This document shows, in pieces, positions 26,104 through 37,631 of a stretch of DNA of 62,935 nt; the first letter of the stretch is position 1, and each line of letters opens with the position of its first letter. The notes under the pieces were generated by a model. That model saw only the letters and a program-made list of their open reading frames with translations. It was not told where the DNA came from and made no database searches. A program made the translations under genes and the position numbers. Location of the stretch: positions 1 to 62,935 of the forward strand of contig MU271451.1 of NCBI GenBank assembly GCA_021432655.1. The letters are read 5' to 3'. The stretch is from Atractiella rhizophila. Taxonomy: Eukaryota.

Positions 26104-27512
26104 CTACTCCAACACCAACCACCTCTTCCTTTGCTCCTCCTTTTCCCCATCTAACCGCTTGCCCTCCCCCCGCACTTCCCACTCCCACCTCCTCCCTCCC
26201 TTCGCCCACCCCGTGACTACGAGCACGCCTCCCAGAGCGTACACCAACGTAGCCGCATAAAAGAAGTTTGCATTTCCCCTACCATCCAACCACGCGTCAT
26301 AGAAGGCTGGCAAGAGTGCATAAGCGGCCATCAAGGCGGCGGCCGCATGCCACAGGGGCGGTAGATGGGGTATGAGGTGGCTTTGAAGGGTGGGGAGGAG
26401 CGCGAGGGGTACGGAGAAGGTGTAGAGGGTGGGGTAGGGGGAGAAGAGGGCGAGGAGGGACCAGGTGAGGAGGAAGGCGAGCAGGGGTTGGGTGGAGTAG
26501 CGGATGGTGAGGGGGAGAGGGTAGGAGATGAGGTGGAGGGCGAAGAGGAAGAGGAAGAGGGTGCGGAAGTGGTCGAATTGTTCGGTGAAGAAGTACCAGT
26601 TGAGACCTATCGTTGGTGTCAACGTGCAGGTCGTCAATCTGTTCACCGGCCGTGGTTAGTTTTTGGATGGGATGAAGGAGGAGGGAGAAGACGGACTGGC
26701 AGCCCCATGTCCCGAAAATATATGAAAAGGACCCAACGAGAGCGTAAGATAGGACGTTGAGGGCGACAAAGTTCCCTATGAGAAACAATAGGAACTGGTT
26801 CCTCGCTGTCTGTTTCCTCCCATCAGTCACAGCAAAAGGAAAAAGTGAGGACGGACCTTCTTCACTGACGGTGACGATGAAGATGTGGAAGAAGGAAGGG
26901 AGTGTAATAGCAGCGCATAGCAGGGAACGGAGAGCAGGAAGGAATAGACGTCCATGTACCCCGCCAAAGCGACAGCAGCCCCAGCAGCCGCTGCATCACC
27001 TTGAACAGCAAATAATAAACGTTCGAGCTCCACTAAATAGATAATAATAGAGTAAAGACACACCCCTTAGCGCGCTCGTCAACGCGATGATGACGGGGAG
27101 CGTCCCAAATGCCTCCGAGCTCAGACTGGCTGTTGCCAGCAGATTGACGGGATTGAGCGCATATGTCCATCCCGCTACTTTGTTGGTCTTGTAGAGGAGC
27201 GCGGATGATGCGGCGTGGAGTGCTAGCGAAAGCAACGGTGCTGGGATGGCTGAGTAGAGCGGGATGAGCAGCGGCGGATGGTGGACGATGGTGGAGGAGT
27301 AAGGGTCTATGCCATGCTGGTAGAGATAGATGGCCTCGCGCACTTATTGCTATTAGCTTGATACGATACCAGGGAGGATGCTTACGGCTGTGTATTGAGT
27401 GCAGCGGAGTTGTCAACTCGACACGATGCGAGAGGTCCATTGTTGTTCTTACGCGAACTACAGATGAGACTAGAAGCATGACTCGTTCTGAGGGTGAGGG
27501 TGCCCATTCCAT
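26104..27512 (-). CDS. GAB1: GPI transamidase subunit Gab1 / PIG-U, multi-exon
   Basis: RVELTTPLHS..LREAIYLYQHGIDPY...HHPPLL, YALNPVNLLA, LTPTIGLNWYFFTEQFDHFRTLF, FSPYPT and GRGNANFFYAATLVY. Confidence 0.95.
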
Positions 27513-27616
27513 TCGCTCGGGACTGCCCCAAAACTTACGCCATACCGCGCCATAACCCACTCTTTTGCCTGCTTACTACTCATGCTGCACGCTTATAGAT
27601 CTACTACACACATATA

Positions 27617-30425
27617 ATGGCCTACCCACCAACAAGCCCAGCACCACCCACAAAGGTCGCCATCCAGGAGGAGGACATGGCCCACCACGCCTACGAGGAC
27701 GTCGAGGCAGAAGCAGACGGGGAGGAGGTCATCAGTGCGTTGGACGCGACAATAGATGACATCGGAATGGTGCGTTCTCTCTCTCCAGTCGTAGTTGGAA
27801 AGAGGTGAACGCTTCCGTTTTGGGGTGGCGACGTGCGATGCTAGGGGAGGTATCAACAACGTTTGCTGTGCGTCTATCTCTCTCCATGATCGCCCAGAAA
27901 GATTGAGGATGTCGGGCTGGGAATAGGGTACTGTGCGGTTGTGAGCCTCCTTTCCTGTGCCCCGGTTGGTATAGAACTGCCACTCATTAATTGACTCAGT
28001 CGGCTGGATGGCGGACAACGTTTGTCTCCCTCCTCCCTTATTCGACAGAGTCGTTATATTAACGTACTTGTGCCGAATGCAGATGTGGCTCCAATGTGTA
28101 TCCATCATCCTTCCACGAGTACAAGGTCCGACTTTCCTTCTCTCACCACGCTCCAGGGCATAACTTAAACATAGACGAATGGAGCCTTCCCGAACGTTAC
28201 GTCGGTCTCCTGTCCTCTGCGACCTTCGCCGGAATGATGCTGGGAGCATGGGGATGGGGGAGTTGTGCGTGTCTCCTCTCTGCTCGAGGCATCGCTCAAG
28301 TCAGTGCCCATAGTTTCTGATTCATACGGTCGCACACCAGCGTTCAATGGCACCCTGTTACTGACAGCAGTATTCGGTCTCCTCGCCGGTTCGTCTTCCT
28401 CCTCCCGCCTTCTCGCGTACTCTTCTCGTCTGCAATAAGACTGAGCCATGGTGTGTAGGATACGCGCCGAACTTTGGGTCGCTGTGCGCTTCGATGTTTT
28501 GTCTGGGAACAGGGATTGGAGGTGCCTTTCTCCTTCTCCCATACATATCTTGTCCTGATTATTTGAGCAGGAAGTATGCCCACTGATGGTTCGTTTCCTC
28601 CCCTATTTAATGAATGGTTACTGACTCTGTACGTTGATGCTAGGCACACTGTGGGTTCCTTTATTTTGTGCAGAAGAGAAATGATGGGTCTGATGGTGTC
28701 GTTGAAGGTTTCTTGAGAATATTCCGAAAGCGAAAGCCTACCTCCTCACAGGACTAAGCGTCTTGTAAGCCATCCCTTCTTCCGCTTCGCTTTCTAATGC
28801 TATTTAATATCTGATGTGGTTGGATAACTGGACAGTTTCTCCGTTGGCGCAGTCCTCTCTTCCGTCCTTGGCTACATCATCATACCGCCTCACTCCTGCT
28901 CAAAGGTCGCAGACGTACCGTGCAATGTGCAAGTCGAAAACATCGTGAGTTTAGCCGAATCATCGCTCCTTGTATTTGTCTCATAAGCATGAATGAAGGG
29001 CTGGCGGTCTCTTCTTCGGTGGTTGGGCATCATCGTTCGTCCCTCCCCCTTCTTTGATAACCCTTCATGGATACCCGTCCGTTCGCGGCGCGGCAGACAT
29101 TCGTGATGCTCTTCGCTCGTCTTGCGCTCTTCAAACTCGAAGAGTCGCCAAAGGTACACTTTCTCCTCTCTTGTCCATGACCGTCGCTAACACCGACCTG
29201 TGATGCCAGTTCCTCGTCTCCACAGGTCGCGCGGACGAAGCCATCCTCGTCCTCCGCCGCATCTGCCACTACAACGGTATCACCGCTCCCTCCTCCGTGC
29301 ACGACATCAAAGACGAAGGCTCGACCTTCGCCTCCATTCCCGTCGAAGGCGAAGGGGGGTACACCGCGCTTCCGACGGAGGAGGAGGTGCGAAACGTGCG
29401 TGCGGAGCGGAGGGCGAGGATTGGGAGCTCGAGCGAGCTCTTGACGAGGAAGAAGATGGGCGGGAAGGGCAGCGTGTTTCTTCAGAGGGTCGAGGAGCTT
29501 TTGGAGGGCAGGTGGAGACGGGTCACTTTCTTTGGTAAGCTTTCCTCTCCTTTCTGCTCCCTGCTGTAAGCTATGGGTGCCTTTGCTCATTGGAGGGATT
29601 TTGTGTTGCTAGTGTGGGCCATTTGGACGGCTGTGTCGGCTGGCTTCACTATCTTTAATGGTTTCCTCCCTTCTTATTTGGAGCGGAAAGTCATCGATCT
29701 AGACCCTTCATCAAATACACTAGAGGAGACCTTAAGGGACAGCGTGATCTACACAGGTTCGTCCTGCTCCTCTTTTTGTTACAAAGAACGGTTCGTTGAG
29801 ATGATAAACAGCAAGCGGATTACCCGGCGCCATAGTCGGTGCGTATTTGGTTGAGGGGTCGTTAGGACGGAGAGGATCGATGTTTTGGTCCACGTAACCC
29901 TTCTCCTCCATCTTCGTTTGTCTTGTACTCATGATACTTCGTATCTATAAGGGTTTTAACCGCAGCCGCTGCACTCTCGTTTGCACTCGTTCGCAGCGCA
30001 TTCTGGATTGTCTTCACGGTCCGTGTCTTACCCTCCCTCTTGTTTTTTGGGGTGTGCGGTGTGGGATGTATAGCGTGGGAATCTGATGAAGAGGGATGGG
30101 ACAGACAATCGTGTTTTCTTTCGGTGCAACCATCATGTGGGCAGTCCTCTACTCTTGGACACCTCAGCTCTTCGAGACGCGCACACGGTTTGTCCCCATC
30201 CCTATAAGGTATTCATGGTCGCAGAGATATTGATGGGGATCCTTGGGTAGTGGTACGGCCTGCGGCATCGCCTCCGCCCTGAATAGGCTGGCAGGAATCA
30301 TCGCTCCCATCCTCACTGGCGCACTATTAGAGATCTCACTCGTTGCGCCTCTCGCCGTGTCCACAGCCACGCTTGCCCTCGCCGGTGTGCTCATGCTTGG
30401 GTTGCCGGAGAATATGGAGTATTGA
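27617..30425 (+). CDS. MFS transporter (SV2/SVOP-like), very intron-rich with microexons
   Basis: LDATIDDIGM|GRYQ, GWMADN|MWLQ, GMMLGAWGWGS, DSYGRTPAFN, GGSMPTDGTLFLENIP, LEESPK, GTACGIASALNRLAGIIAP and LPENMEY*. Confidence 0.92.
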
Positions 30426-30824
30426 AACAACGAGGCATTGAGCTTGATTGAATGGACAATTGAAGTCTTATGGGGGCGTCCCCTGGTACCATGGCACCAT
30501 TGAAGGTGTCTACGGATGACATTTATGCATGATGCATTAGAACAACGACATGAGATGTCGAGTTGTCGATACCACGAAGTTTGTATTTGTACTACCATTT
30601 CTTTCGTCGAGTGGTGGAAGTAGAAGTGTATAATTCATCCCCGTTCATACCTTTGATCACATATAACCTCAAGCTCTGTACAATCCTGATATCTCAGATT
30701 CTTGCCGCGCCAATTTACCACCTGGCACTCGGGAGCTTGCTTACGGGATATTGCAATACTTTTGGGTTTCTCCTTATTAAGCTAGGTAGACTGACAAACC
30801 ATCTACGTATGTATGATTTTTACA

Positions 30825-31861
30825 TCAGCGCCGTTTCTTGTTCCCGCCACCTTGTCGGGACGAGGAATCAGGGGCGGAGGAAGATTCGCCGGCGAGGAAG
30901 GAAGAGAGACCCGAGGTGACATCTATGTTTTGAAATGACTGTTGTCCATCCATCCCAAATGGAAACAAGAGAAATCTTGTTAGCTTCATTGGACAGAAGG
31001 GCAGAGAGAAAGGATAGAGGGGGATGGTAGAGGGAGACATACGGCCATGCTTCGATTTATGTCTGCTTGGTTGGCTTGCATCTCCTTCAGCGCTTCCGGG
31101 TCCAGGTTTCCCTACAGGCACCACCACGTCCATCAATAATCTCACTCATCCTGATTGAAACCAAAACCAAAGACTGAAGGAGGTGTGGCGTACCATCAAT
31201 TTGGGCATCAAGAACACGAAGGCTGCTCCTCCGACCATGAGAAGCATCATGGGATTGGCCATGAGCAGTTTGATGGGGTTGAACGATTGCGGGTCCGCTT
31301 TGAACTTGTGGATCCCGCCAGCGTAGATGGTGAGGCCTCCAGGCGAGGAGTAGGGCAGGAGTTGGGCGGGGTGTGGGGGGATGAAGACGTTGGCGGGGTT
31401 CAGCGCCGCGATCTGGATGGTGGGAGCAGAGGAGGAGACGGTGAGCGAGTAGTAGGGGAAGTTGTGGGTGCGAGACAGCACATTGAGTACATAAGTGCCT
31501 TCATCGATGTCCTTCCTATATAAACATAGGTTTTAGTCCCCTTCCTTGAGAGCGAAGCAAGCATTTTCTCCATCGAGAAATTATTTTGTCATGAAGGAAC
31601 AAACAGGATTCAAAAATTGTACCTCCCATCCCCAAAAGCAGCGTAGCAGAAGAAAGCAGAATATAGTATGTAGAAACGCACAGGGTGAAGCTCCCATCCC
31701 TTTGCACCAACGCGGTTCCCCATTTCCCTCCGTCCAAAACGACCCTTGTGTCAATTGCCAGCTCGTTCAAATCCTTCAGCACCTCATTTGTGCGTATGCC
31801 GCCCAGTAAAATCCAGCGCGGTTGCCAGCGCGGGGAGAAGGAACAGCAGTGAGCACAACAT
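30825..31861 (-). CDS. EMC7: ER membrane protein complex subunit 7-like; one apparent 1-bp insertion near 31803
   Basis: Signal peptide MLCSLLFLLPALATA, then DTRVVLDGGKWGTALVQRDGSFT, EGTYVLNVLSRTHNF, FNPIKLLMANPMMLLMVGGAAFVFLMPKLM and a basic tail GGNKKRR*. Confidence 0.8.
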
Positions 31862-32230
31862 GGCTGGTGGTTTGAGTGAGTGTGTGGAAGGTTGGTAGAA
31901 TTTGGGTATTATCTGATGAGCGCTTGTTATCAGCAGCAACCAATAAGGAAAAACCGTGATTCAGCTAAATCGCTCACTTCGACATAAAAGCGCCTGAAAG
32001 CGCATAAAAACATATAAAAGTGACAGGTCAAGCTGTCGTCGAAATAGAGGGAAGAAAAAATGTTGTTGGCACGAAAAAGCTCGTCGAAATACTTTGCCAA
32101 TCTCTCAAAATCATCACATTTCGATATTTCATCAAAATCACCTCTTAGACGACTTTCCCGTGAGTTTTTCATATTTAGTCTATTAGTACTGATATAGCGG
32201 TGCATCAGTTCGTCAGGCGCTACTCTCAAA

Positions 32231-34090
32231 ATGGCAAATCCAAGTCCAATGAAGTCGAGCGTGTCAGCCCTCCTCTCCTCCTCGTTCTTCAATTTGACTG
32301 AGGGTATCGCTCGATTCAGGATCTGATCCTTTCCGTTCTCGAATCTCAACCTACAGCTCGAGACTCACGCTCATACCTCAAGGCGTTCACTCCCACCCCC
32401 CCAACCTTGAGCAGCAAACCGTCGCTTCCGTTCCCCCTTTCAGACCCAGTCATGCCAACCACCGCCTTTCCGCGTCCACATCATTCGACTGGAAAGCCGC
32501 TGGACTCCTTATTCGAAGACCTGACCGTTTTCCCAAACTCGCCTTCCAGGATTGGAGTTGTCGTTATTCAGGGTCCCTTCGATGATTCACAACTCAAGGG
32601 AATAGTGGAGGGCGTCATTCATTTGAAGAAATTGGGTCTCGGGAGCGTCGTGTTGGTGGATCATGAGGATTGGGAGGAACGTATCCGGTCCTTGAATGTT
32701 CATGAAGAATGGGAAGGAAGGGAGGAGGAAAGGCAGGTCAAGAAAGACGCCTTGAAGCGGGACGTGCTTCGATGCCTTCATCGACTTTCTGAGGTATTTT
32801 CATCTCAAGGGGAAACGCCGCAGCCTCTCTTCCAAGGAGTTTTGACTCTCCTCATTCATTTTCATCGGCAGATGGAGCGGAGAAAGAAGAAATCACGATC
32901 GACGAGGACACTTTGCCATCCCTTCACTCTTCCCTCCTCTCCGGGATCATACCACTCATCCCTCCACTTTCCGTCTCCTCCCCCTCCTCATTGAAACCTC
33001 CATCCTCTTCCTCATCCCGCACCTCCGCTTCCAACGGCCGCTTCTATCCCATCCCTCCTTCCCAAGCACTCTTGGCCTTGTCCTCTTCCCTCCTCCCCTT
33101 ACGCATCATCCATATAAACCCTCGAGGTGGGATTCCCTCTCCAGCTCGTGGAGGTTCTCCACACGTATCCATAAATCTAGAAAGCGAGATGTCGTTCATA
33201 GAACGTACCTGGAGATCAGAGTGGGGGAAGAAGAGGCTGGAGAACCTGAAGCAGTCGGAGGCGCTCTGAAGAAGTTGCCGAGGGAGAGTAGTGCGCTAGT
33301 TCTTGGTCCTGAGAGGGGAGGGAGGAGGATGGTGGGAAATCTCGTGACAGGTAAACCGGTGATTTCTCCTAGTTTACGCCTAGGCAGAGAGACGGACCGG
33401 GAGAGGGAAGCGGACAGGGACAATCCGACTATTGTTAGACTGGGTTATCCTATTCGCGTCATTCGTTCTATGGAAGAAGTGGATCGTTCAGCTCTTACCT
33501 CCCTCCTCGAAGGAAGCTTTGGACGGATCTTGAAACAGGAATACTGGACCCGCCTCGAGAAGTGTCTCGAATTCATAATAGTCGTCGGCGACTACAAGGC
33601 CTGTGCTATCGTCACGCTCGAATCCCATCCCTCTCATCCAACACATCCTCCAATCTCCTACCTCGACAAATTTGCCGTGCTCCCTTCCCTCCAAGGTGAG
33701 GGGACGGTCGATTTCCTTTGGGGAGCCTTACGCGACGAGTCGTTTGGACTAGGAGCCTACGACTCTCTCAACCCGAATCTGGGAGGTTTGCAGGGACAGG
33801 GAGAGAGTAAGGACCTAGTATGGAGGAGTCGGGCAAACAACCTCGTTAACAAGTGGTATTTCGAGCGCTCGAATGGAAGCATCAAGATACCCCCGCCAGA
33901 AGGGAGTGATGTCGGCTTTGTGCTGTTCTGGTGTGATGCGGAGGATGGCGAGGAGAAGATGCAACGGTTGTTGGAGGCTTGCGGAGACGAGGAAGAGAGG
34001 GAGAGGCTGTTGGATGCTGAGAGGGGTAAACTCCAAAGATGGGAGAAGATCGTTCGTGCGATACCAAGCTGTTGGGAACCAAAAAAGTAG
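32231..34090 (+). CDS. ARG2: Mitochondrial amino-acid N-acetyltransferase (N-acetylglutamate synthase); two apparent 1-bp deletions
   Basis: DLILSVLESQPTARDSRSYLKAF, VVVIQGPFDDSQLKGIVEG, HINPRGGIPSPARGGSPHVSINLESE, and the GNAT/DUF619 region YLDKFAVLPSLQGEGTVDFLWGALRDE...LVWRSRANNLVNKWYFERSNG. Split across ORFs 32407, 32913 and 33221. Confidence 0.93.
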
Positions 34091-34271
34091 GATCACGATT
34101 CATGCATTGTGCTTGGTCATGCCTAGAGAAACGTAAAGGAAAGATATGATGTTAGATTTCCTGTTGTTGCATTAGCATATGTATTAAGTATCAACACTTC
34201 ATCAAGTACACAAACTTACTTTCTTACTGAACACGGAACTTCATAAACAATATTATGCAACAAAGTCTACA

Positions 34272-36174
34272 TTACTCAGTTCGTCTCCCACCTCTCATTC
34301 TTTCTAAAACCTTCCTCCAACCGAACATCACCCAAAGCTGTGGCCGCATAAACCGTTCCATAATCATACTCCTTGCCCTCTTCTTCCAAGCTTTTCTGCG
34401 ATCTTCCTTCATGAACGCGCTCGGGAGGATAACGAACGCTACGTCAACCCAATTGAAAGGAGGCATGATGATGACTTCCTCCCCCTCCCTTGGCCCAAAA
34501 GCCCTCAGAAGGCGGTACCATTCTGCTGTAGCCCAGACGTCCAACCTCCAGCCTTCCTTGAGCTCCTTAATCCTCATTTCCTCAGTCCCTCCAACCCAGC
34601 TCATCAGCAATGCCACCAACAGTCCCAGCGCTATCGATGTGCGTGCTTCCATGGGAGCTATCCTTCCGAAGGCACCGGAACCTTTCGGGCCGCGGTGAGG
34701 GCCCTCTCCTCTTCCTGGTGCGAAAGAAGGGGATGTGGAGGAGGAAATGTTGAAGTCGTCCCAAGACACGTCGGGGTCATACACGTCGATTTCGCCGTTG
34801 AGAGACCAGACAAGGGCTAGTCCGAATACGCAGAGGAAGAGGAGAGAGTGCCTGAAGCCTCTGAAATGGGCGGAGAGGGCGGAAAGGGTGAAAAAACTCT
34901 TGAGGCCACCACCGTCGGATGGAAGAATGGCTGGATTGAGAGAGGGGAGGGAGGAGGGGAGGAGAAAGGCTGAGGAGAAGAGGAGGGGGAGGGAATAGCA
35001 GAGAAGGACGTATGATATGTAGGCGAGGAAGGAAGAGAGGTGCAAGGGGAAAGTGAGGCGAAGAATGAGGGAGAGGAAGAGCATGGAGTGTCCCAGTAGA
35101 GGAGGAAGGGAGCCGGGCGGGAGGGGGCGAATGTGTGGATATGAGAGAGGGCCACGGTAAAGTACTTTGAGGACGCTAATCGTGTATCCTAGCACGCTAG
35201 GCACCCACACCGCCCACCAAATAATCGCTCTACCTGCGGTTTCAGCGTGACGGTGACCTTCCTCTTCTTCCTCATAATACCATACGAAAGGATTAGGATG
35301 GTGTTGATGTTTGTATTCCGAGAACATGGCGAGGTAGAGCGTGAGGAGCAGAAAAAGAAGATTCCATAGGAGGGACAGGCGATGTAGGTGCCTAGGTGAA
35401 GAGAGTGTCGAAGGGGACCAGCGGATATGGGAGAGTGTGAGGAGGAGTGGGTGGGAGAGCAGCGGTACGAGAGAGGGGTGAATGAGCCGGGAGGACGAAA
35501 GCAGGATGAGGTTATCCAGCACTGCATACATCGGTCAGATGACACGCTTGGCCGGAGAAAGCAGACCTGATGGATTCATAAGCAATCCAAGCTCTTCTTC
35601 TCCCTCTTCTTGATCGCAGGCGAGGTCGAGCACGTCTTTCGTGCACTCTAGCAGCTTCCCAACTATCCGACAAAGGCGAATGGTTGTGAGACTCGTCTAA
35701 TTGCGGAAAAGGAAACGCACCGAATTCCTCTTCGTCTTTCTTCCGCCTAAGATACCGCACGACATCTGCGCTGCGTTTCGACTGAATGGGAGTCTCGTAG
35801 ATGTCCCTGACGAGAGAAAGCAAGGCGGCCAAAACGAGAGCTGTCTTTTCTTCCAAGGCATCATTTGAGTCCCCCATTTCTAGGGGCTTCGGTTCTCCAA
35901 ACCGATTGTTGAGGATCCGTTGGCAGGCCCTCGACAGCTCGGCATTGTCAACTGGTACTATTAACAGAAGTGCAGGAAAGCTCTGAAGCAGCTTGGCGCC
36001 AGTCGGGATGGCTTTGAGACGATGGACGAGAGAGGCTTTCATGCCTTCTAAGTCGTCCTCCAACATTCGACCTTTCCCCTTGACATCTTTAAAAGAGCTA
36101 GACGGTGAGTCCGTGCGCAGAAGGGATCCATAGCCTGGCCTAGGCTTCTGCAGCAGAGATTCGTGGTCTGACAT
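34272..36174 (-). CDS. Multi-pass membrane protein, possibly a distant TRP/Yvc1-like channel, 3 exons
   Basis: Two GT-AG introns join ORF 35512-36174 to the 419-aa hydrophobic ORF, which has several TM-like segments. IIMPPFNWVDV after the last hydrophobic segment resembles the PPFNL motif of fungal Yvc1 channels. The gene is solid; the family call is weak. Confidence 0.55.
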
Positions 36175-37631
36175 GGTCCAAAGTTTTGGTCAACAGAGTT
36201 TAATTTGGGTACTGACTTTACGCAGCACCAGCAATCGTAAATATCCAAGACCAGTGTCATTCGCAGGTTCGACACCCCAAATTCTGATTTTTTTGAGGTA
36301 CTAAGACTGAACAGCTACTCTCCTCAAGTTGGTTGTTTTGTTTCGTACCGAGAATATCAAGAACGTCGCTTCGTCTCAAACCAGATTTGTCACGTTCGAC
36401 ACTGTATGCCCATCCCAAACAGTTCGTCGCACCGCTTCCACCACGACTGCCGTCCTACCTCAAGATTTCAGGATGGTCTACGTGGACAATTGTCAGATCT
36501 CTCCCCGTCCTTCCTATTCTCTTCTAGCCCGCTTTGTCTAATGGGAGAGCGGTAAATGTACAGTTCGAAAAGGAAGCAAGGAAGTCTCATCAACATAGAG
36601 GGGTCGGCTTCGGAGGATCCACCTTTGGCAAACTGTTCGACGCAATGGCCTTCTGCAAATACAAGGAAGACTTTGATGAAAAATCTCGTCCTTCGATGCC
36701 CTTTAGGCTCTGAAGACTACCATAACGAACCTCCAACTTTCCACCTCCAACGATTGGGCTCATAGAACCTTTATCGGTTCTACAGGCGCCATTCCGAGGC
36801 CGTCCTTTCATAATTCAAGGGGGGAATCTGAGCACTACCAAGCCCCAGGTCCTCCTCAAAAGTCGTTGGCTTTTCGGAATCCTTCTCACTCCTTCCCTGA
36901 TCCTCACAAACCCTCACGAGGAAGAGGGTCAGAGAGGATGATTGTTCTTTCGAGGAAATGGAAGACTGGTTAGCATCTTCCAATGTTTCGGAATAGGCCT
37001 GGATTCAATCGACGTAGACAGATGGCCGACATACTTCATACGATGGCAGCCTGCCAACGCATTCACCAAGAAATCCTAAATCACATTTTGGGTCACGAGC
37101 AATGAGCGAATCATGCATCACTTCCGGCATGAGCACAGGGCGTTCCGAGATGTCACATTCGTGAAGTTAGGGAGGAAGGTTAAAGTTGCTTCAGGCTGCG
37201 GGACAGTCGATCACTAAGTGTACCACAAATGATTCTTCCTTTCGATCCTCCTCAAAGCCGGTCAGTAGATGTGTCCGTTATGTACCTAGCAGTCATTATT
37301 ACAACATCTGCTGCTCTAGTGGAACATTGCACAAATACGGGGGAAAGGCCTTGCAACGGACTCTCATGAATGCAGGAAAATTAGTACTGAAGGGGCCCAC
37401 AACATATTTCCTTCTTCCATCAGCTCCAATCTGGGTGCAACAAAGGCGACTACTACAAGTTAGGAGAACATGTTTGCAATTTATGTGACAAACCTAACTG
37501 CAGGGTTCGTTACTTTTCTTCTGTACTTCTCGGCCTTGTAATTTTCTAAACGTAGATCTCAGCGATCAAGAAAAGGCACCCTAGTAGTCCAAACTGCTCG
37601 AATGTGCCGGTATGTGTGTGATCCGCAAGAA

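Noticed and set aside
26365..26760. Glu/Gly-rich plus-strand ORF and strong purine skew (similar skew at about 34900-35500)
   Set aside because: Antisense of C/T-rich Leu/Pro/Phe codons in membrane-protein exons. Not a repeat or a separate gene.
16590..33270. Programmed ribosomal frameshifting as the cause of split ORFs
   Set aside because: No consistent slippery sites or downstream structures were seen. The shifts sit mostly at homopolymers in unrelated genes.
36300..37600. Possible decayed gene (similar cases at 39400-40100, 49900-50800 and 56000-57300)
   Set aside because: Frames are broken by stops and I could not recognise a transposase or other domain. Left unannotated.
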